A stretch of 64,000 nucleotides of DNA from an uncultured Tenacibaculum sp. GTDB lineage: Bacteria > Bacteroidota > Bacteroidia > Flavobacteriales > Flavobacteriaceae. Where the stretch lies: positions 27,308 to 91,307 of the forward strand of contig CANMIL010000014.1 in NCBI GenBank assembly GCA_947497895.1. The letters run 5' to 3'. Position 1 is the stretch's first letter. Every line of letters starts with the position of its first letter. The notes beneath the pieces were generated by a model. It was given only the letters and a program-made list of their open reading frames with translations. It made no database searches and was not told the DNA's origin. Positions 1 to 10,649 of this stretch are shown piece after piece. The position numbers were made by a program, and so were the translations under genes.

Positions 1-281
1 CTGAATCTTCTTAAAGCCTCATCGTGGTTACCAGTAATGTAGTATACTTTTGTGCCCGACGTTATAAATGACATGATTTGCTTTACAACCTTTAAGTGAG
101 CTTTCGGAAAATAACGCTTGTTGAACTGCCAAATGTCAATAATATCACCATTTAATATTAGTGTTTTTGGGTTTATCGTTTTCAGATAATTGTTGAGTTC
201 AGTTGCTCTGCAACCAAAGGTTCCCAAGTGAACATCTGATATTACGGAAATATCAATTTTACGTTTTTTGCTTTTTTTCAT
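1..281 (-). CDS. Calcineurin-like metallophosphoesterase, LpxH-like UDP-2,3-diacylglucosamine diphosphatase (N-terminal part; gene continues past the left edge)
   Basis: My own minus-strand translation from the ATG at 281-279 gives MKKSKKRKIDISVISDVHLGTFGCRATELNNYLKTINPKTLILNGDIIDIWQF...YYITGNHDEALRRF. It carries D-x-H, GD-x-x-D and GNHD/E phosphoesterase motifs. It is absent from the ORF track because it is open-ended. Confidence 0.6.
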   Translation of the reverse strand, partial: MKKSKKRKIDISVISDVHLGTFGCRATELNNYLKTINPKTLILNGDIIDIWQFNKRYFPKAHLKVVKQIMSFITSGTKVYYITGNHDEALRRF

Positions 282-440
282 ATAAAGTAACTAAACAGTT
301 GATCAAGCAGAATTCAAATTGAAACAAATGCTTTGACAACAAACAAAGTTACTTTACGTGTGTTTTGTTAGTGAAAGTAAATTGTAAACTATGAGTAATT
401 ATATGATTATTATAAAGTAAGTGGATTGTTATTAAAAAGT

Positions 441-468
441 AAAAAGCTCGGTGTAAAACCGAGCTTTT
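441..468 (-). terminator. Intrinsic terminator downstream of secA
   Basis: Stem GCTCGG (446-451) pairs with CCGAGC (459-464) around a 7-nt loop. A and T runs flank it, so the minus-strand RNA has a hairpin followed by UUUUU, 8 nt after the secA stop. Confidence 0.6.
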
Positions 469-475
469 CAATATA

Positions 476-3400
476 TTATTTGTTGTAAAGAACCCATGTT
501 CCTTGTTCTAATAAAGGAATGGCTTGTTTAAATTTTACAACTTTTTCCTCGCCACTCATTACATTTTTAATGGTTACACGTTCGTTTCTACCAATTTTAG
601 GCTGCTCTCTTACAACTGTCTCAACAACTTGTTGTTCTTGAGTTTGTTGTTGTCTGGCATTGCTGATTGCCTGTTGCGTTGAGTTTTGAACTTCATCTTT
701 ACGAAGATCTAATTGTTCTCTTACTTCTTCTTTTGCCTCAGAAATTTGAGATTCATCTTGAGTAGGAAGCTTTCCTTTGAATAAGAAAGAAAGTACTTCT
801 TTATTAATCTTGTCTAAGGTTTGCTCAAACACATTGAATGCCTCAAACTTATAGATTAACAATGGATCTTTTTGTTCGATATGAGCAGTACTTTGGATAG
901 AGTGCTTTAATTCATCTAATCTTCTTAGGTGATCCTTCCAGTTTTCATCGATAATCGCAAGAGTAATATTCTTTTCGAAGTCATTAACTAATGACTTCCC
1001 TTCAGATTCATATGCCTCTTTTAAATTAGTAACAACCTGTAATGTTTTTGTTCCATCGGTAAAAGGAACTACGATACGTTCGTAACGATCACCTTCGTTT
1101 TCATAAACATTTTTGATAACAGGGAAAGCTTGAGTAGCATTTCGACTAGTATCTTCTTTATAATGTTCTGAAACTACCTTGTAAAGTTTTGCAACTAAAT
1201 CTTCTTCTGGAGTTGTAATGAATTCACCTTCAGAAAAAGGTGAAGTCATAGAAGAGAATCGTATTAATTCAAATTCGAAGTTTTGATAGTCTTTTGTTGC
1301 TTTATTAATTTTAACAATTGAATCGCAAGTATCATAAATCATGTTTGCAATATCAATTTGTAAACGCTTTCCGTCAAGAGCATGACGACGACGCTTGTAA
1401 ATAAACTCACGTTGAGAGTTCATTACATCATCATATTCTAGTAATCTTTTACGTATTCCGAAGTTGTTTTCTTCAACTTTCTTTTGCGCTCTTTCAATAG
1501 ATTTACTAATCATAGAATGTTGAATTACTTCACCTTCTTGTAATCCCATTCTATCCATCATTTTTGCAATTCTTTCAGAACCGAATAAACGCATTAAGTT
1601 GTCATCAAGAGCAACATAGAATTGAGAAGAACCTACATCTCCTTGACGTCCAGCACGACCTCTTAACTGACGGTCAACACGACGAGAGTCATGACGTTCA
1701 GTACCAATGATAGCTAAACCTCCAGCAGCTTTTACTTCGTCGGATAATTTAATATCGGTACCACGACCAGCCATGTTTGTTGCAATCGTTACTTGCCCTG
1801 GCTTTCCAGCTTCAGCAACTACATCAGCTTCTTTTTTGTGTAATTTCGCATTTAAGATATTGTGAGGAATCTTACGAATCTTAAGCATTCTTCCTAGTAA
1901 CTCTGAAATTTCAACCGAAGTTGTACCTACTAACACAGGTCTTCCTTCTCCAACTAGTTTAACGATATCTTCAATAACAGCGTTATATTTTTCACGAGTT
2001 GTTTTGTAAACTAAATCTTGCTTGTCATCTCTAGCAATAGGTCGGTTTGTTGGAATTTCAACAACATCCAATTTATAAATTTCCCAGAATTCTCCTGCTT
2101 CTGTAATCGCAGTACCCGTCATTCCTGACAACTTGCGGTACATTCTAAAGTAATTCTGTAGTGTAACTGTAGCAAAAGTCTGAGTAGCATCTTCAATCTT
2201 TACATTTTCTTTTGCTTCAATAGCCTGGTGTAATCCATCAGAGTAACGACGACCGTCCATAATACGACCTGTTTGCTCATCAACGATCATTACCTTATTA
2301 TCCATGACAACATACTCAACATCTTTTTCAAAAACAGTATATGCTTTTAAAAGTTGATTCATGGTATGGATACGCTCACTTTTCACACTGAAATCTCTGT
2401 ATAGTTCTTCTTTTAAAGAAGCTTTTTCTTCAGGAGTAGAATCTGCTTTATCAATTTCTCCAATTTTTACACTGATATCAGGTAAAACGAAGAAGTTTTC
2501 TTGTTTTGTAAGATCAGAAAGATAAGCAACACCTTTATCTGTTAAATCAATCTGATTATTCTTTTCTTCAATAGTGAAGTAAAGTTCAGCATCAACTTCA
2601 GGCATTAACTTATTGTTATCTTGCATATAGAAGTTTTCTGTCTTTTGCAGAACTTGTTTAACTCCTTCTTGTGATAAGAACTTAATTAAGGCTTTATTTT
2701 TAGGTAAACCTCTATAAACTCTTAATAATTGGAAGCCTCCTTCTTTAGTATCACCTTCTTTGATTAGTTTTTTAGCTTCAGCTAAAACACCAATTAAATA
2801 TTTACTTTGAAGTGATACTAAGTCCGCTACTAAAGGCTTTAATTCATTAAACTCATGACGATCACCCTGAGGAACAGGTCCAGATATAATTAATGGTGTA
2901 CGAGCATCATCAATTAATACAGAATCTACCTCGTCAATAATAGCATAGTTAGGCGCACGTTGCACTAAGTCTTTCTTAGAGCTTGCCATATTATCACGTA
3001 AATAATCAAAACCGAATTCATTATTGGTTCCGTAAGTAATATCTGCGTTATATGCTTTTCTTCTATTTTCAGAGTTTGGTTGATGAAAATCGATACAATC
3101 GGTACTTAAACCATGAAATTCAAAAACTGGAGCCATCCAAGCACGGTCACGTTTTGCTAAGTAATCATTTACAGTTACTACATGAACTCCATTTCCAGTT
3201 AATGCATTTAAGTAAATAGGAAGGGTAGATACTAATGTTTTTCCTTCACCAGTCATCATTTCCGCAATTTTACCAGTATGTAATACAGAACCACCGATTA
3301 ACTGTACGTCATAATGGATCATGTCCCAAGTAACTGCTTTTCCTGCAGCATCCCATGAGTTTTGCCAAAAAGCTTTGTCGTCTTGTAAAACAACATGCTC

Positions 3401-3829
3401 TCTTGTGGCTGATAACTCCCTATCAAAAGGAGTAGCGGTAACTTCTAACTCTTTATTTTGAGTAAAACGCTTTGCGGTTTCTTTTACAACGGCAAATGCT
3501 TCAGCCATGATATTTTTTAATACTTCTTCTGAAGCTTCATATGCTTCATCTTTAAGTTTGTCAATTTCAGTATAAATATCTTCTTGTCTGTCAATATCGG
3601 CTGTTAAAACTTCTTCTTCTAAAACAATAATTTTATCATTAAAAGGTTGACTAACCTCTGCAATTTTTGCTTTAAATTCAACAGTTTTAGCTCTAAGCTC
3701 ATCATTTGAGATAGTACTTAATGCGTTTTCGAAAGATTTTACATCGTCTACGATAGGCTGTAAAACTTTCAAGTCCTTTTGTTGTTTGTCTCCAACAAAT
3801 ATTTTTATAATCGAATCTAAAATACTCAT
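476..3829 (-). CDS. secA: Preprotein translocase ATPase SecA
   Basis: 1117-aa ORF with DEAD-like motor motifs ([41 protein letters not shown]) and a typical SecA N-terminus ([21 protein letters not shown]). Confidence 0.97.
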   Translation of the reverse strand: MSILDSIIKIFVGDKQQKDLKVLQPIVDDVKSFENALSTISNDELRAKTVEFKAKIAEVSQPFNDKIIVLEEEVLTADIDRQEDIYTEIDKLKDEAYEASEEVLKNIMAEAFAVVKETAKRFTQNKELEVTATPFDRELSATREHVVLQDDKAFWQNSWDAAGKAVTWDMIHYDVQLIGGSVLHTGKIAEMMTGEGKTLVSTLPIYLNALTGNGVHVVTVNDYLAKRDRAWMAPVFEFHGLSTDCIDFHQPNSENRRKAYNADITYGTNNEFGFDYLRDNMASSKKDLVQRAPNYAIIDEVDSVLIDDARTPLIISGPVPQGDRHEFNELKPLVADLVSLQSKYLIGVLAEAKKLIKEGDTKEGGFQLLRVYRGLPKNKALIKFLSQEGVKQVLQKTENFYMQDNNKLMPEVDAELYFTIEEKNNQIDLTDKGVAYLSDLTKQENFFVLPDISVKIGEIDKADSTPEEKASLKEELYRDFSVKSERIHTMNQLLKAYTVFEKDVEYVVMDNKVMIVDEQTGRIMDGRRYSDGLHQAIEAKENVKIEDATQTFATVTLQNYFRMYRKLSGMTGTAITEAGEFWEIYKLDVVEIPTNRPIARDDKQDLVYKTTREKYNAVIEDIVKLVGEGRPVLVGTTSVEISELLGRMLKIRKIPHNILNAKLHKKEADVVAEAGKPGQVTIATNMAGRGTDIKLSDEVKAAGGLAIIGTERHDSRRVDRQLRGRAGRQGDVGSSQFYVALDDNLMRLFGSERIAKMMDRMGLQEGEVIQHSMISKSIERAQKKVEENNFGIRKRLLEYDDVMNSQREFIYKRRRHALDGKRLQIDIANMIYDTCDSIVKINKATKDYQNFEFELIRFSSMTSPFSEGEFITTPEEDLVAKLYKVVSEHYKEDTSRNATQAFPVIKNVYENEGDRYERIVVPFTDGTKTLQVVTNLKEAYESEGKSLVNDFEKNITLAIIDENWKDHLRRLDELKHSIQSTAHIEQKDPLLIYKFEAFNVFEQTLDKINKEVLSFLFKGKLPTQDESQISEAKEEVREQLDLRKDEVQNSTQQAISNARQQQTQEQQVVETVVREQPKIGRNERVTIKNVMSGEEKVVKFKQAIPLLEQGTWVLYNK

Positions 3830-3911
3830 TTTATAAACTGTTGTTTTCTAGTTAATTAGTTTTTGGTAATTAACGTAATTAAAGTGGTTATACTATATAT
3901 GCTAAAAATAA

Positions 3912-3942
3912 GCAAAAAAAAAGCCTCTTTAATGAGACTTTT
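3912..3942 (-). terminator. Intrinsic terminator downstream of the DUF2795 gene
   Basis: The minus-strand RNA reads AAAGUCUC-AUUAAA-GAGGCUUU, an 8-bp stem with one G-U pair, followed by a run of U. Confidence 0.5.
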
Positions 3943-3955
3943 CTATGTTGTTTTT

Positions 3956-4177
3956 TTAATATTCATCTTCGTTCCAAAGATAATCTTCTTCGGAAGGGTA
4001 ATCTGGCCATATTTCTACAATAGAATCATAAGCTTCACCTTCATCTTCAATATCTTGTAAGTTTTCTACAACTTCTAAAGGCGCTCCAGTACGAATTGCA
4101 TAATCAATTAATTCGTCTTTTGTCGCCGGCCAAGGCGCATCTGCTAAATACGATGCTAATTCAAGTGTCCAATACAT
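3956..4177 (-). CDS. DUF2795-family small acidic protein
   Basis: 73-aa ORF (MYWTLELASYLADAPWPATKDELIDYAIRTGAPLEVVENL...). The sequence pattern matches the conserved DUF2795 family as I recall it. The overlapping plus-strand 65-aa ORF is low-complexity and rejected. Confidence 0.7.
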   Translation of the reverse strand: MYWTLELASYLADAPWPATKDELIDYAIRTGAPLEVVENLQDIEDEGEAYDSIVEIWPDYPSEEDYLWNEDEY

Positions 4178-4275
4178 TTCTTTATCGGTTTTTTTGATTT
4201 CCGCAAAAATAATTTTTTTTTCTAAAAAGTCAAGTTTTTTTTGAAAAATCTGTGGTTATAAATAAAAGAACTTCA

Positions 4276-4848
4276 CTACAGCTTCTCAGGAACCCATTTA
4301 ATTTCCTCAGCTTGTAGATCTTTAGTCAACTTTCGTGCCAACACAAAAAGGTAGTCAGAAAGTCGGTTTAAATACATTAATATGGTGTCATGAATCACCT
4401 CTTCTTCATTTAAAGCTACTGTTAAACGTTCAGATCGTCTGCAAACGCAACGAGCAATATGACAGAATGACACTGTTTGATGACCTCCAGGTAAAATAAA
4501 ATGAGTCATAGGAGGGAGCTCTTCGTTCATTTCATCTATTTTGTTTTCCAGAAACTCAATTGATGATTCATTAATTTTAGGAATGTTTAATCTTTCTTTT
4601 CCATTTTTTAATGTTTCTTTTTCAGGAGGAGTAGCCAGCATAGCTCCAAGTGTAAACAAATCACTTTGAATTTTTACAAGATCTTCTTTAATATTTATGT
4701 CTACTTGTTGATCTTTTATAAGTCCTACATAGGAATTTAATTCGTCAACTGTTCCATAACTTTCTATACGAAGATGATGTTTAGGAACACGAGTTCCTCC
4801 AAACAGTGCTGTCGTACCTTTATCTCCAGTTTTTGTATAAATTTTCAT
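4276..4848 (-). CDS. PduO-type ATP:cob(I)alamin adenosyltransferase
   Basis: 190 aa. N-terminus is MKIYTKTGDKGTTALFGG, the hallmark of the PduO/MMAB family, and the length is typical. Confidence 0.85.
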   Translation of the reverse strand: MKIYTKTGDKGTTALFGGTRVPKHHLRIESYGTVDELNSYVGLIKDQQVDINIKEDLVKIQSDLFTLGAMLATPPEKETLKNGKERLNIPKINESSIEFLENKIDEMNEELPPMTHFILPGGHQTVSFCHIARCVCRRSERLTVALNEEEVIHDTILMYLNRLSDYLFVLARKLTKDLQAEEIKWVPEKL

Positions 4849-4922
4849 TGTTAGCTTGATAATCCATTTTAAATAAAAATAACATTAAGATATGAATATA
4901 TGTTAATATGTTACATCTTTAT

Positions 4923-5354
4923 TTAAGTTAATATTTTTTTTATGAAATTGTTGTTTTTTTTTTCTATTTTGTTTAGAATATGTTCAGGGCAACGAGTAGG
5001 TCGCATTGTTGTTGCATTTACAAATGCTAAGATAGTGCTCCCTGTGCATAAAAGTTCCTTATTTTCATTCATAATTTCATAGTTGAACTCAATCTTAACT
5101 GAAGGAGTTTTTTTCAAGTAAGTATGAATGGTAATTACTTGGTCGTAATACGCTGACTTTTTAAAATTACAGGTTAACGATATTACAGGAAGCATAACAC
5201 CGCTCTCTTCAAGCTGTTTATAACTTGTTCCTAAATCGCGTAGCCATTCTGTTCTTCCTATTTCACAAAAGTGAGCGTAGTTAGCATGATGAACAACTCC
5301 CATTTGATCTGTTTCACTGTATCTTATTCTGATTGATGTTGTATTTTTATACAA
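4923..5354 (-). CDS. Acyl-CoA thioesterase, YbgC/4HBT hot-dog fold
   Basis: 143 aa with IRIRYSETDQMGVVHHANY, the catalytic Asp region typical of YbgC-type thioesterases. Confidence 0.8.
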   Translation of the reverse strand: MYKNTTSIRIRYSETDQMGVVHHANYAHFCEIGRTEWLRDLGTSYKQLEESGVMLPVISLTCNFKKSAYYDQVITIHTYLKKTPSVKIEFNYEIMNENKELLCTGSTILAFVNATTMRPTRCPEHILNKIEKKNNNFIKKILT

Positions 5355-5532
5355 AGTGTTTTATTTTATAAATCTCAGATTAACGATACGCAAAAAAAAA
5401 ATAATAATCAATAGCGATTTGGTTTTTTTTTACTGAAATTTATTCACACTTTTGTTCCTCCGAATATGTGATTTTAGAGTCCCCTATAATCTGAATAATT
5501 TTAACAAAAAATTTAATCCTTTTTTCACCAAT

Positions 5533-6957
5533 ATGACTAAAACAGCTGATTCAGTTTGGATGGAATGCTTGTCTTTTATCAAGGACAATATCAAACCACA
5601 AGCATACAAAACTTGGTTTGAACCGATTAAGCCGGTAAAGTTATCTGGGGAAGCTTTAACTATTCAAGTTCCAAGCAAATTCTTTTACGAGTGGCTGGAA
5701 GAACACTATATTAAATTGTTAAGAGTTGCCTTAGTTAGGCAGCTAGGAAATGAAGCAAAATTGGTATATGATGTTCGCATGGAAAATACTTATAGTAGTA
5801 ACAATCCACAAACTGTAAAAATACCTAGTTCTAACAGGAATCCAATCAAACCTCAAAAGGTAACCGTGCCTATTGAGTCAAAAAGAGAACTTAAAAATCC
5901 ATTTGTAATCCCAGGATTGCAAAAGGTAAAAATAGAATCTCAATTAAATCCAAACTACAACTTTGTAAACTTTGTAGAGGGAGATTCGAACAGGCTAGCT
6001 CGTTCAGCTGGAATGGCAGTAGCTAATAAACCTGGAGGAACATCATTTAATCCATTATTAATATATGGAGGAGTTGGTTTAGGTAAAACTCATTTAGCTC
6101 ACGCTATTGGTGTTGAAATAAAAGATAAATATCCTGATAAAACAGTTTTATACATTTCATCAGAAAAGTTTACACAACAATTTATTGATTCGGTAAAATC
6201 AAATACTAGAAATGATTTTATTCATTTTTATCAAATGATTGATGTTTTAATTATTGATGATGTTCAGTTCTTATCTGGTAAAGCTGGTACGCAGGATGTG
6301 TTTTTCCATATTTTTAACCATTTACACCAAAATGGTAAACAAGTAATTTTAACTTCTGATAAAGCTCCTGTGGATATGCAGGATATTGAACAACGTTTAT
6401 TGTCTCGTTTTAAATGGGGATTATCAGCAGAATTACAATCACCAGATTACGAAACTAGAATTTCAATTCTTCAAAATAAACTTTACAGAGATGGGGTAGA
6501 AATGCCTGAAGAGATTGTAGAGTATATCGCTAAGAATATCAAGTCGAATGTTAGAGAGTTGGAAGGTGTAATTATTTCGATGATAGCTCAGGCATCGTTT
6601 AACAGAAAAGAATTCACTATTGAGCTTGCTAAGCAAATAGTAGATAAGTTTGTTAAGAATACTAAGAAAGAATTGTCGATTGATTATATTCAGAAGGTTG
6701 TTTCGAAGTACTTTGATATGGATGTTGCTACATTACAATCAAAAACTAGAAAAAGGCATATTGTTCAGGCTCGTCAATTAGCAATGTATTTTGCCAAAAG
6801 AATGACAAAGTCTTCTCTGGCTAGTATTGGAAGTCAAATTGGTCAGCGTGATCATGCTACTGTATTGCATGCTTGTAAAACTGTTGATAATTTAACAGAA
6901 ACAGATAAGCAATTCAAAAAATACGTTGAGGATTTAACGAAAAAGTTGACTCTATAG
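5533..6957 (+). CDS. dnaA: Chromosomal replication initiator DnaA
   Basis: AAA+ Walker A GGVGLGKTHL, Walker B LIIDDVQF, and a C-terminal DNA-binding helix (RDHATVLHACK). The track ORF starts at TTG 5452. I prefer ATG 5533 (MTKTADSVWMECL...), which gives a 474-aa protein of normal DnaA length. Confidence 0.95.
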   Translation: MTKTADSVWMECLSFIKDNIKPQAYKTWFEPIKPVKLSGEALTIQVPSKFFYEWLEEHYIKLLRVALVRQLGNEAKLVYDVRMENTYSSNNPQTVKIPSSNRNPIKPQKVTVPIESKRELKNPFVIPGLQKVKIESQLNPNYNFVNFVEGDSNRLARSAGMAVANKPGGTSFNPLLIYGGVGLGKTHLAHAIGVEIKDKYPDKTVLYISSEKFTQQFIDSVKSNTRNDFIHFYQMIDVLIIDDVQFLSGKAGTQDVFFHIFNHLHQNGKQVILTSDKAPVDMQDIEQRLLSRFKWGLSAELQSPDYETRISILQNKLYRDGVEMPEEIVEYIAKNIKSNVRELEGVIISMIAQASFNRKEFTIELAKQIVDKFVKNTKKELSIDYIQKVVSKYFDMDVATLQSKTRKRHIVQARQLAMYFAKRMTKSSLASIGSQIGQRDHATVLHACKTVDNLTETDKQFKKYVEDLTKKLTL

Positions 6958-7034
6958 TTAATCACATTTTCAAAGGATTGAGCTTTACCTAGCTTTTTGG
7001 TCTTCGAGTTTTAAAAACAATAAAAAACGTACAG

Positions 7035-7481
7035 ATGAAAATACTTATGGTTTGTTTGGGGAATATTTGTCGATCTCCTTTGGCTGAAGGTATTTTGAAA
7101 TCGAAAGTATCTCCTGAAGAAGTATATGTTGATTCGGCAGGAACAGCAGGTTATCATGTTGGAGAGTTACCAGATAAGAGGTCTGTTGCTGTGGCTAAGA
7201 AATACGGAATTGATATTACGGATCAGAGATCGAGAAAATTTTCTGTTGCTGATTTTGATAATTTTGACATTATTTATGCAATGGATGAAAGTAATTTTCA
7301 CAATATTGTTTCTCTGGCCCGAAATGATGAGGATGCTGAAAAGGTAAAGTTAATATTGCAAGAAGTGTCAGAAAATGAAACATTAAGTGTTCCTGATCCT
7401 TATTATGGTGGTGATCAGGGTTTCGAAAATGTTTATGCTATGCTGGATGAGGCCTGCGATATCATTGCTTCGAAAATTTAA
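7035..7481 (+). CDS. Low-molecular-weight protein-tyrosine phosphatase
   Basis: 148 aa with the P-loop CLGNICRSP (C-x5-R-S) at the N-terminus and a DPYY motif near the C-terminus. Confidence 0.9.
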   Translation: MKILMVCLGNICRSPLAEGILKSKVSPEEVYVDSAGTAGYHVGELPDKRSVAVAKKYGIDITDQRSRKFSVADFDNFDIIYAMDESNFHNIVSLARNDEDAEKVKLILQEVSENETLSVPDPYYGGDQGFENVYAMLDEACDIIASKI

Positions 7482-7570
7482 ATTCAATAAATTGGCTGTA
7501 GTAAATCTTGTTAAGACCAAGACTATTACAGCCAATAGTCCCTACTTATAAAAACAATAAAACCAAACAG

Positions 7571-8275
7571 ATGAAAGGTAAGTTATATTTAATTCCAACC
7601 ACTCTAGGAGATACAGAACCTTTAGAGGTAATGCCTATATCTGTAAAAAAGGTAATTGAACAATTAGATCACTTCATTGTTGAAAATGAAAAATCAGCAA
7701 GAAGGTTTATTAAAAAAATTACTCCTGCAAAATCTCAAGGTTCATTACAGTTAATGTTATTGGATAAGTATTCAGATGAGATGGAGACACAAAATTATTT
7801 GAATGTTTGTGAAGATGGTGTTTCGGTTGGTTTACTTTCTGAAGCAGGAGTTCCAGCTGTAGCAGATCCTGGAGCAACCATAGCTAAATTGGCTCACGAA
7901 AAAGGCATTCAAGTTGTTCCGTTAGTAGGACCTTCTTCTATATTATTAGCAATAATGGCTTCCGGAATGAATGGACAGAGTTTTGCTTTTAATGGATATT
8001 TACCAATAGATAAATCCGACAGAAAGAGAGCTATAAAAGATTTAGAAAAGATTTCTAAAGATAGAGATCAATCTCAGATTTTTATTGAAACTCCCTACAG
8101 AAATGAGAAAATGCTGGCTGATTTGTGCGCGACTCTTTCTCCTCAAACAAGGTTATGTGTGGCTTGTGATATTACATTACCAACAGAATACATTAAGACG
8201 CTTCCTGTTAAACAGTGGAAAAATGAAAAAGCCGATTTACATAAACGTCCTGCAATATTTATAATTCACAGATAA
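7571..8275 (+). CDS. SAM-dependent methyltransferase, tetrapyrrole-methylase fold (RsmI-like)
   Basis: MKGKLYLIPTTLGD..., SEAGVPAVADPG and PLVGPSS motifs typical of the RsmI family. Start moved from 7508 to ATG 7571. Confidence 0.75.
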   Translation: MKGKLYLIPTTLGDTEPLEVMPISVKKVIEQLDHFIVENEKSARRFIKKITPAKSQGSLQLMLLDKYSDEMETQNYLNVCEDGVSVGLLSEAGVPAVADPGATIAKLAHEKGIQVVPLVGPSSILLAIMASGMNGQSFAFNGYLPIDKSDRKRAIKDLEKISKDRDQSQIFIETPYRNEKMLADLCATLSPQTRLCVACDITLPTEYIKTLPVKQWKNEKADLHKRPAIFIIHR

Positions 8276-8299
8276 CGATTAGCAAATCGACTTATAATT

Positions 8300-8932
8300 T
8301 TATACTGTAGCGTATTTGTCGGCAACAATATTTGAAACGTCGTATCCTTTGAACTTTTTTAAATAATGTTGTATTGAAGTTCCAAAAGCATCATTAAATG
8401 TAAACTTTCCATACGAACGTAAGTATTTTTTTACATTTCCAGCGCCACTTAAATGAGCTGCTGCCAAAATACCAGATTCCGTAATTTGAATACCGTTTAT
8501 TTTTTTACCTACAAAACGTTTTATATCTCTACGTAAAATCCATTTGTTAACCTTACATAGTGCTATAAATGTTTTTTCCTGTAATTCTGGATTTTTAAGG
8601 AAATTTGAAGTGTTGTATATTCTAAATCTTTTTAGTGTAGATTTTCCAAATTGGTATTTCCCTAAATAACCGAGTGTATTTACTACGGTGTACCTTCCTT
8701 GTGATTCTTTAAAGGCTAAAGCTTCTCTAAAGCCAATAAAATCTTTTTGTAAGAATGGAAAGTTAAATTTCCCTTTAAAAACAACCTCTGAAATCGGTGT
8801 TATTGAAGTTGTAATACTTTCCCCTTTTTTCCCCTTTGTTGGATTTTTTGTAAAACTTGTCAGTATAAAAAATCCTAAAAAAACAATTACTAAATGTTTG
8901 ATAATTAAATACTTTCTGTTTAGCGGGGGCAA
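8300..8932 (-). CDS. Membrane-anchored lysozyme-like / transglycosylase-like protein (tentative)
   Basis: 210 aa with a TTG start and an N-terminal hydrophobic anchor. FKESQGRYTVVNTLGYLGKYQFG resembles the E-S catalytic region of SLT/lysozyme-like folds. The assignment is tentative. Confidence 0.45.
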   Translation of the reverse strand: MPPLNRKYLIIKHLVIVFLGFFILTSFTKNPTKGKKGESITTSITPISEVVFKGKFNFPFLQKDFIGFREALAFKESQGRYTVVNTLGYLGKYQFGKSTLKRFRIYNTSNFLKNPELQEKTFIALCKVNKWILRRDIKRFVGKKINGIQITESGILAAAHLSGAGNVKKYLRSYGKFTFNDAFGTSIQHYLKKFKGYDVSNIVADKYATV

Positions 8933-9103
8933 AGATACAATAAAAATGTAATATAACTAATAACCAGCTAATTACGTTTTTTTTAATGATGAGAGATTCT
9001 CAGAATTATCCTACTTTTTTGTCTTTTTTGAGATTTAAGGTTGACTTTATCTTCAGATATTTAATTTAATATCCGTTTTACTGAGAATAAAATATTGTTA
9101 AAA

Positions 9104-10132
9104 TTATCGATTTATTCCTCGTTGACTTATCCATTTTTGATATTTCGCTGCGTTTCTGTTGTGTTGAGCTAAAGAATTTGCAAACTCGTGAAAACCAATC
9201 TTTTCTACACTGGCACACATATAATAATAGTTATGTTTCTTGTAATTTAAGACAGCATCAATTGCAGAAATATCAGGCATTGATATTAGAGTAGGAGGTA
9301 ACCCCGTATTTTTATATGTGTTGTAAGGTGAATCAATAGTGAGATCTTTATTCAATACTCTTTTTACAACAAAGTCTTGTCCGTTAATTTGTTTGAGACA
9401 GTATATGATAGTTGGGTCCGCTTGCAACGGCCAGTTGCTTTTTAAGCGATTTAAATAAAGTCCAGCAACAATTGGACGCTCACTTTTTTGAGCAGTTTCT
9501 TTCTGAACAATTGAAGCCAAAGCAAGAACCTCTGATTTGGATAAATTCAGTTTTTTAGCTTTCCCTATTCTTTTTTCATTCCAAAAACGCTTGTACTCCT
9601 TTAGCATTCTATTTCTGAACCCTTCAGCGGAAGTATTCCAATATACTTCATAGCTATTTGGAATATACATGCCAAGTGCAGATCTTTCATTAAAACCATT
9701 AGATTCTAAAAAGGCTTCGTCGGTCATCACTTTAAATAGTGCTATCGAATCAGCTTCTATTTGTTTAGATACTCTACCAGCAAGTTTTTCAAGTGTATCT
9801 TGATTGTTAAATGAAAGTTTAATTGGTGTTTGTTTTCCACTTCTTAAAAGGTTGATAAGATCATTTAAGCTCATACCTGCTTTTAATTCATAACGCCCTC
9901 CTTTTGGATTGACATAATTTTTCTTTTTAGCAATCCATTCGAAATTGGAAGAATTATCAATGAATTGGGCAAGCTTGGTTTTTACATCAGTCAAATCATC
10001 TGTCGATTTAATAAGTAGAATACCGTTTTTAGTAACTGCGTTTCCAAAAATTTTGTTGTAAAAGCTAAACCCGACAATTACAGCTGTTGTAAAAATAACA
10101 GCTGTAATTCCTAAAAATATTTTTTTATTCAT
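9104..10132 (-). CDS. mltG: Endolytic murein transglycosylase MltG (YceG family)
   Basis: 342 aa with one N-terminal TM helix, an ASIVQKE motif and LYLNRL...LQADPT, all characteristic of YceG/MltG. Confidence 0.9.
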   Translation of the reverse strand: MNKKIFLGITAVIFTTAVIVGFSFYNKIFGNAVTKNGILLIKSTDDLTDVKTKLAQFIDNSSNFEWIAKKKNYVNPKGGRYELKAGMSLNDLINLLRSGKQTPIKLSFNNQDTLEKLAGRVSKQIEADSIALFKVMTDEAFLESNGFNERSALGMYIPNSYEVYWNTSAEGFRNRMLKEYKRFWNEKRIGKAKKLNLSKSEVLALASIVQKETAQKSERPIVAGLYLNRLKSNWPLQADPTIIYCLKQINGQDFVVKRVLNKDLTIDSPYNTYKNTGLPPTLISMPDISAIDAVLNYKKHNYYYMCASVEKIGFHEFANSLAQHNRNAAKYQKWISQRGINR

Positions 10133-10649
10133 TGATTAATTGAAATAAAATTTCGTCTTTAAATTTTCCTTGATAATAAATCCAATCTTTTTTGATACCC
10201 ACTTCTATAAAGTGTTTACCACGAAACAAATGTAAGCTATTTAAATTATCGGAAGTAATATTAGCATAAAGTAAGTGCAAATTTAGATGCTTAAAGCAGT
10301 ACGCAATCAAATGATCTAGAGCTTCATTTGCATAACCATTTTTTTGATAGTTTGGATGAATAAGAATACCAATACCAGCACGTTTATGTTGAGGATTGAA
10401 ATCAAATAGGTCAACCATACCGATAGGTTGTTCACTATTAGCAAGCTCAATTATTAAGCGTAACTGTTTTGCTTCATAAATATCCAAATGAGAATTTTCT
10501 AGATATTGTTTCAAGAGAAAACGTGAAAAAGGAGTTTGTGTATGGCTAATTCCCCAAAATTGCTCATTATTTTCAATCTCGAATAAAAATGATAAATCCT
10601 CAGGCTCTAAAGCTCTTAAATTTATGTGTTTACCTTTTAATGTTTGCAT
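10125..10649 (-). CDS. GNAT-family N-acetyltransferase
   Basis: 174 aa with RAGIGILIHPNYQKNGYANEAL (acetyl-CoA-binding motif A region). It overlaps mltG by 8 nt and dapF by 1 nt, which suggests an operon. Confidence 0.8.
   Translation of the reverse strand: MQTLKGKHINLRALEPEDLSFLFEIENNEQFWGISHTQTPFSRFLLKQYLENSHLDIYEAKQLRLIIELANSEQPIGMVDLFDFNPQHKRAGIGILIHPNYQKNGYANEALDHLIAYCFKHLNLHLLYANITSDNLNSLHLFRGKHFIEVGIKKDWIYYQGKFKDEILFQLINE

Noticed and set aside
3863-4060. 65-aa plus-strand ORF (MVINVIKVVILYMLKISKKK...)
   Set aside because: It is low-complexity and hydrophobic, reflecting AT-rich codon bias. It overlaps the conserved DUF2795 gene and its terminator in antisense.
5452-5532. N-terminal extensions in the ORF track: dnaA from 5452, the methyltransferase from 7508, the phytase-like gene from 27546, ferritin from 30155, coaBC from 32023, UXS from 39146, 2TM-4 from 52125 and the tail-collar gene from 57771
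   Set aside because: The track takes the longest ORF using alternative starts. Internal ATG (or TTG for UXS) codons give N-termini that match the normal family starts and avoid overlap with upstream genes or terminators. The starts remain unverified.
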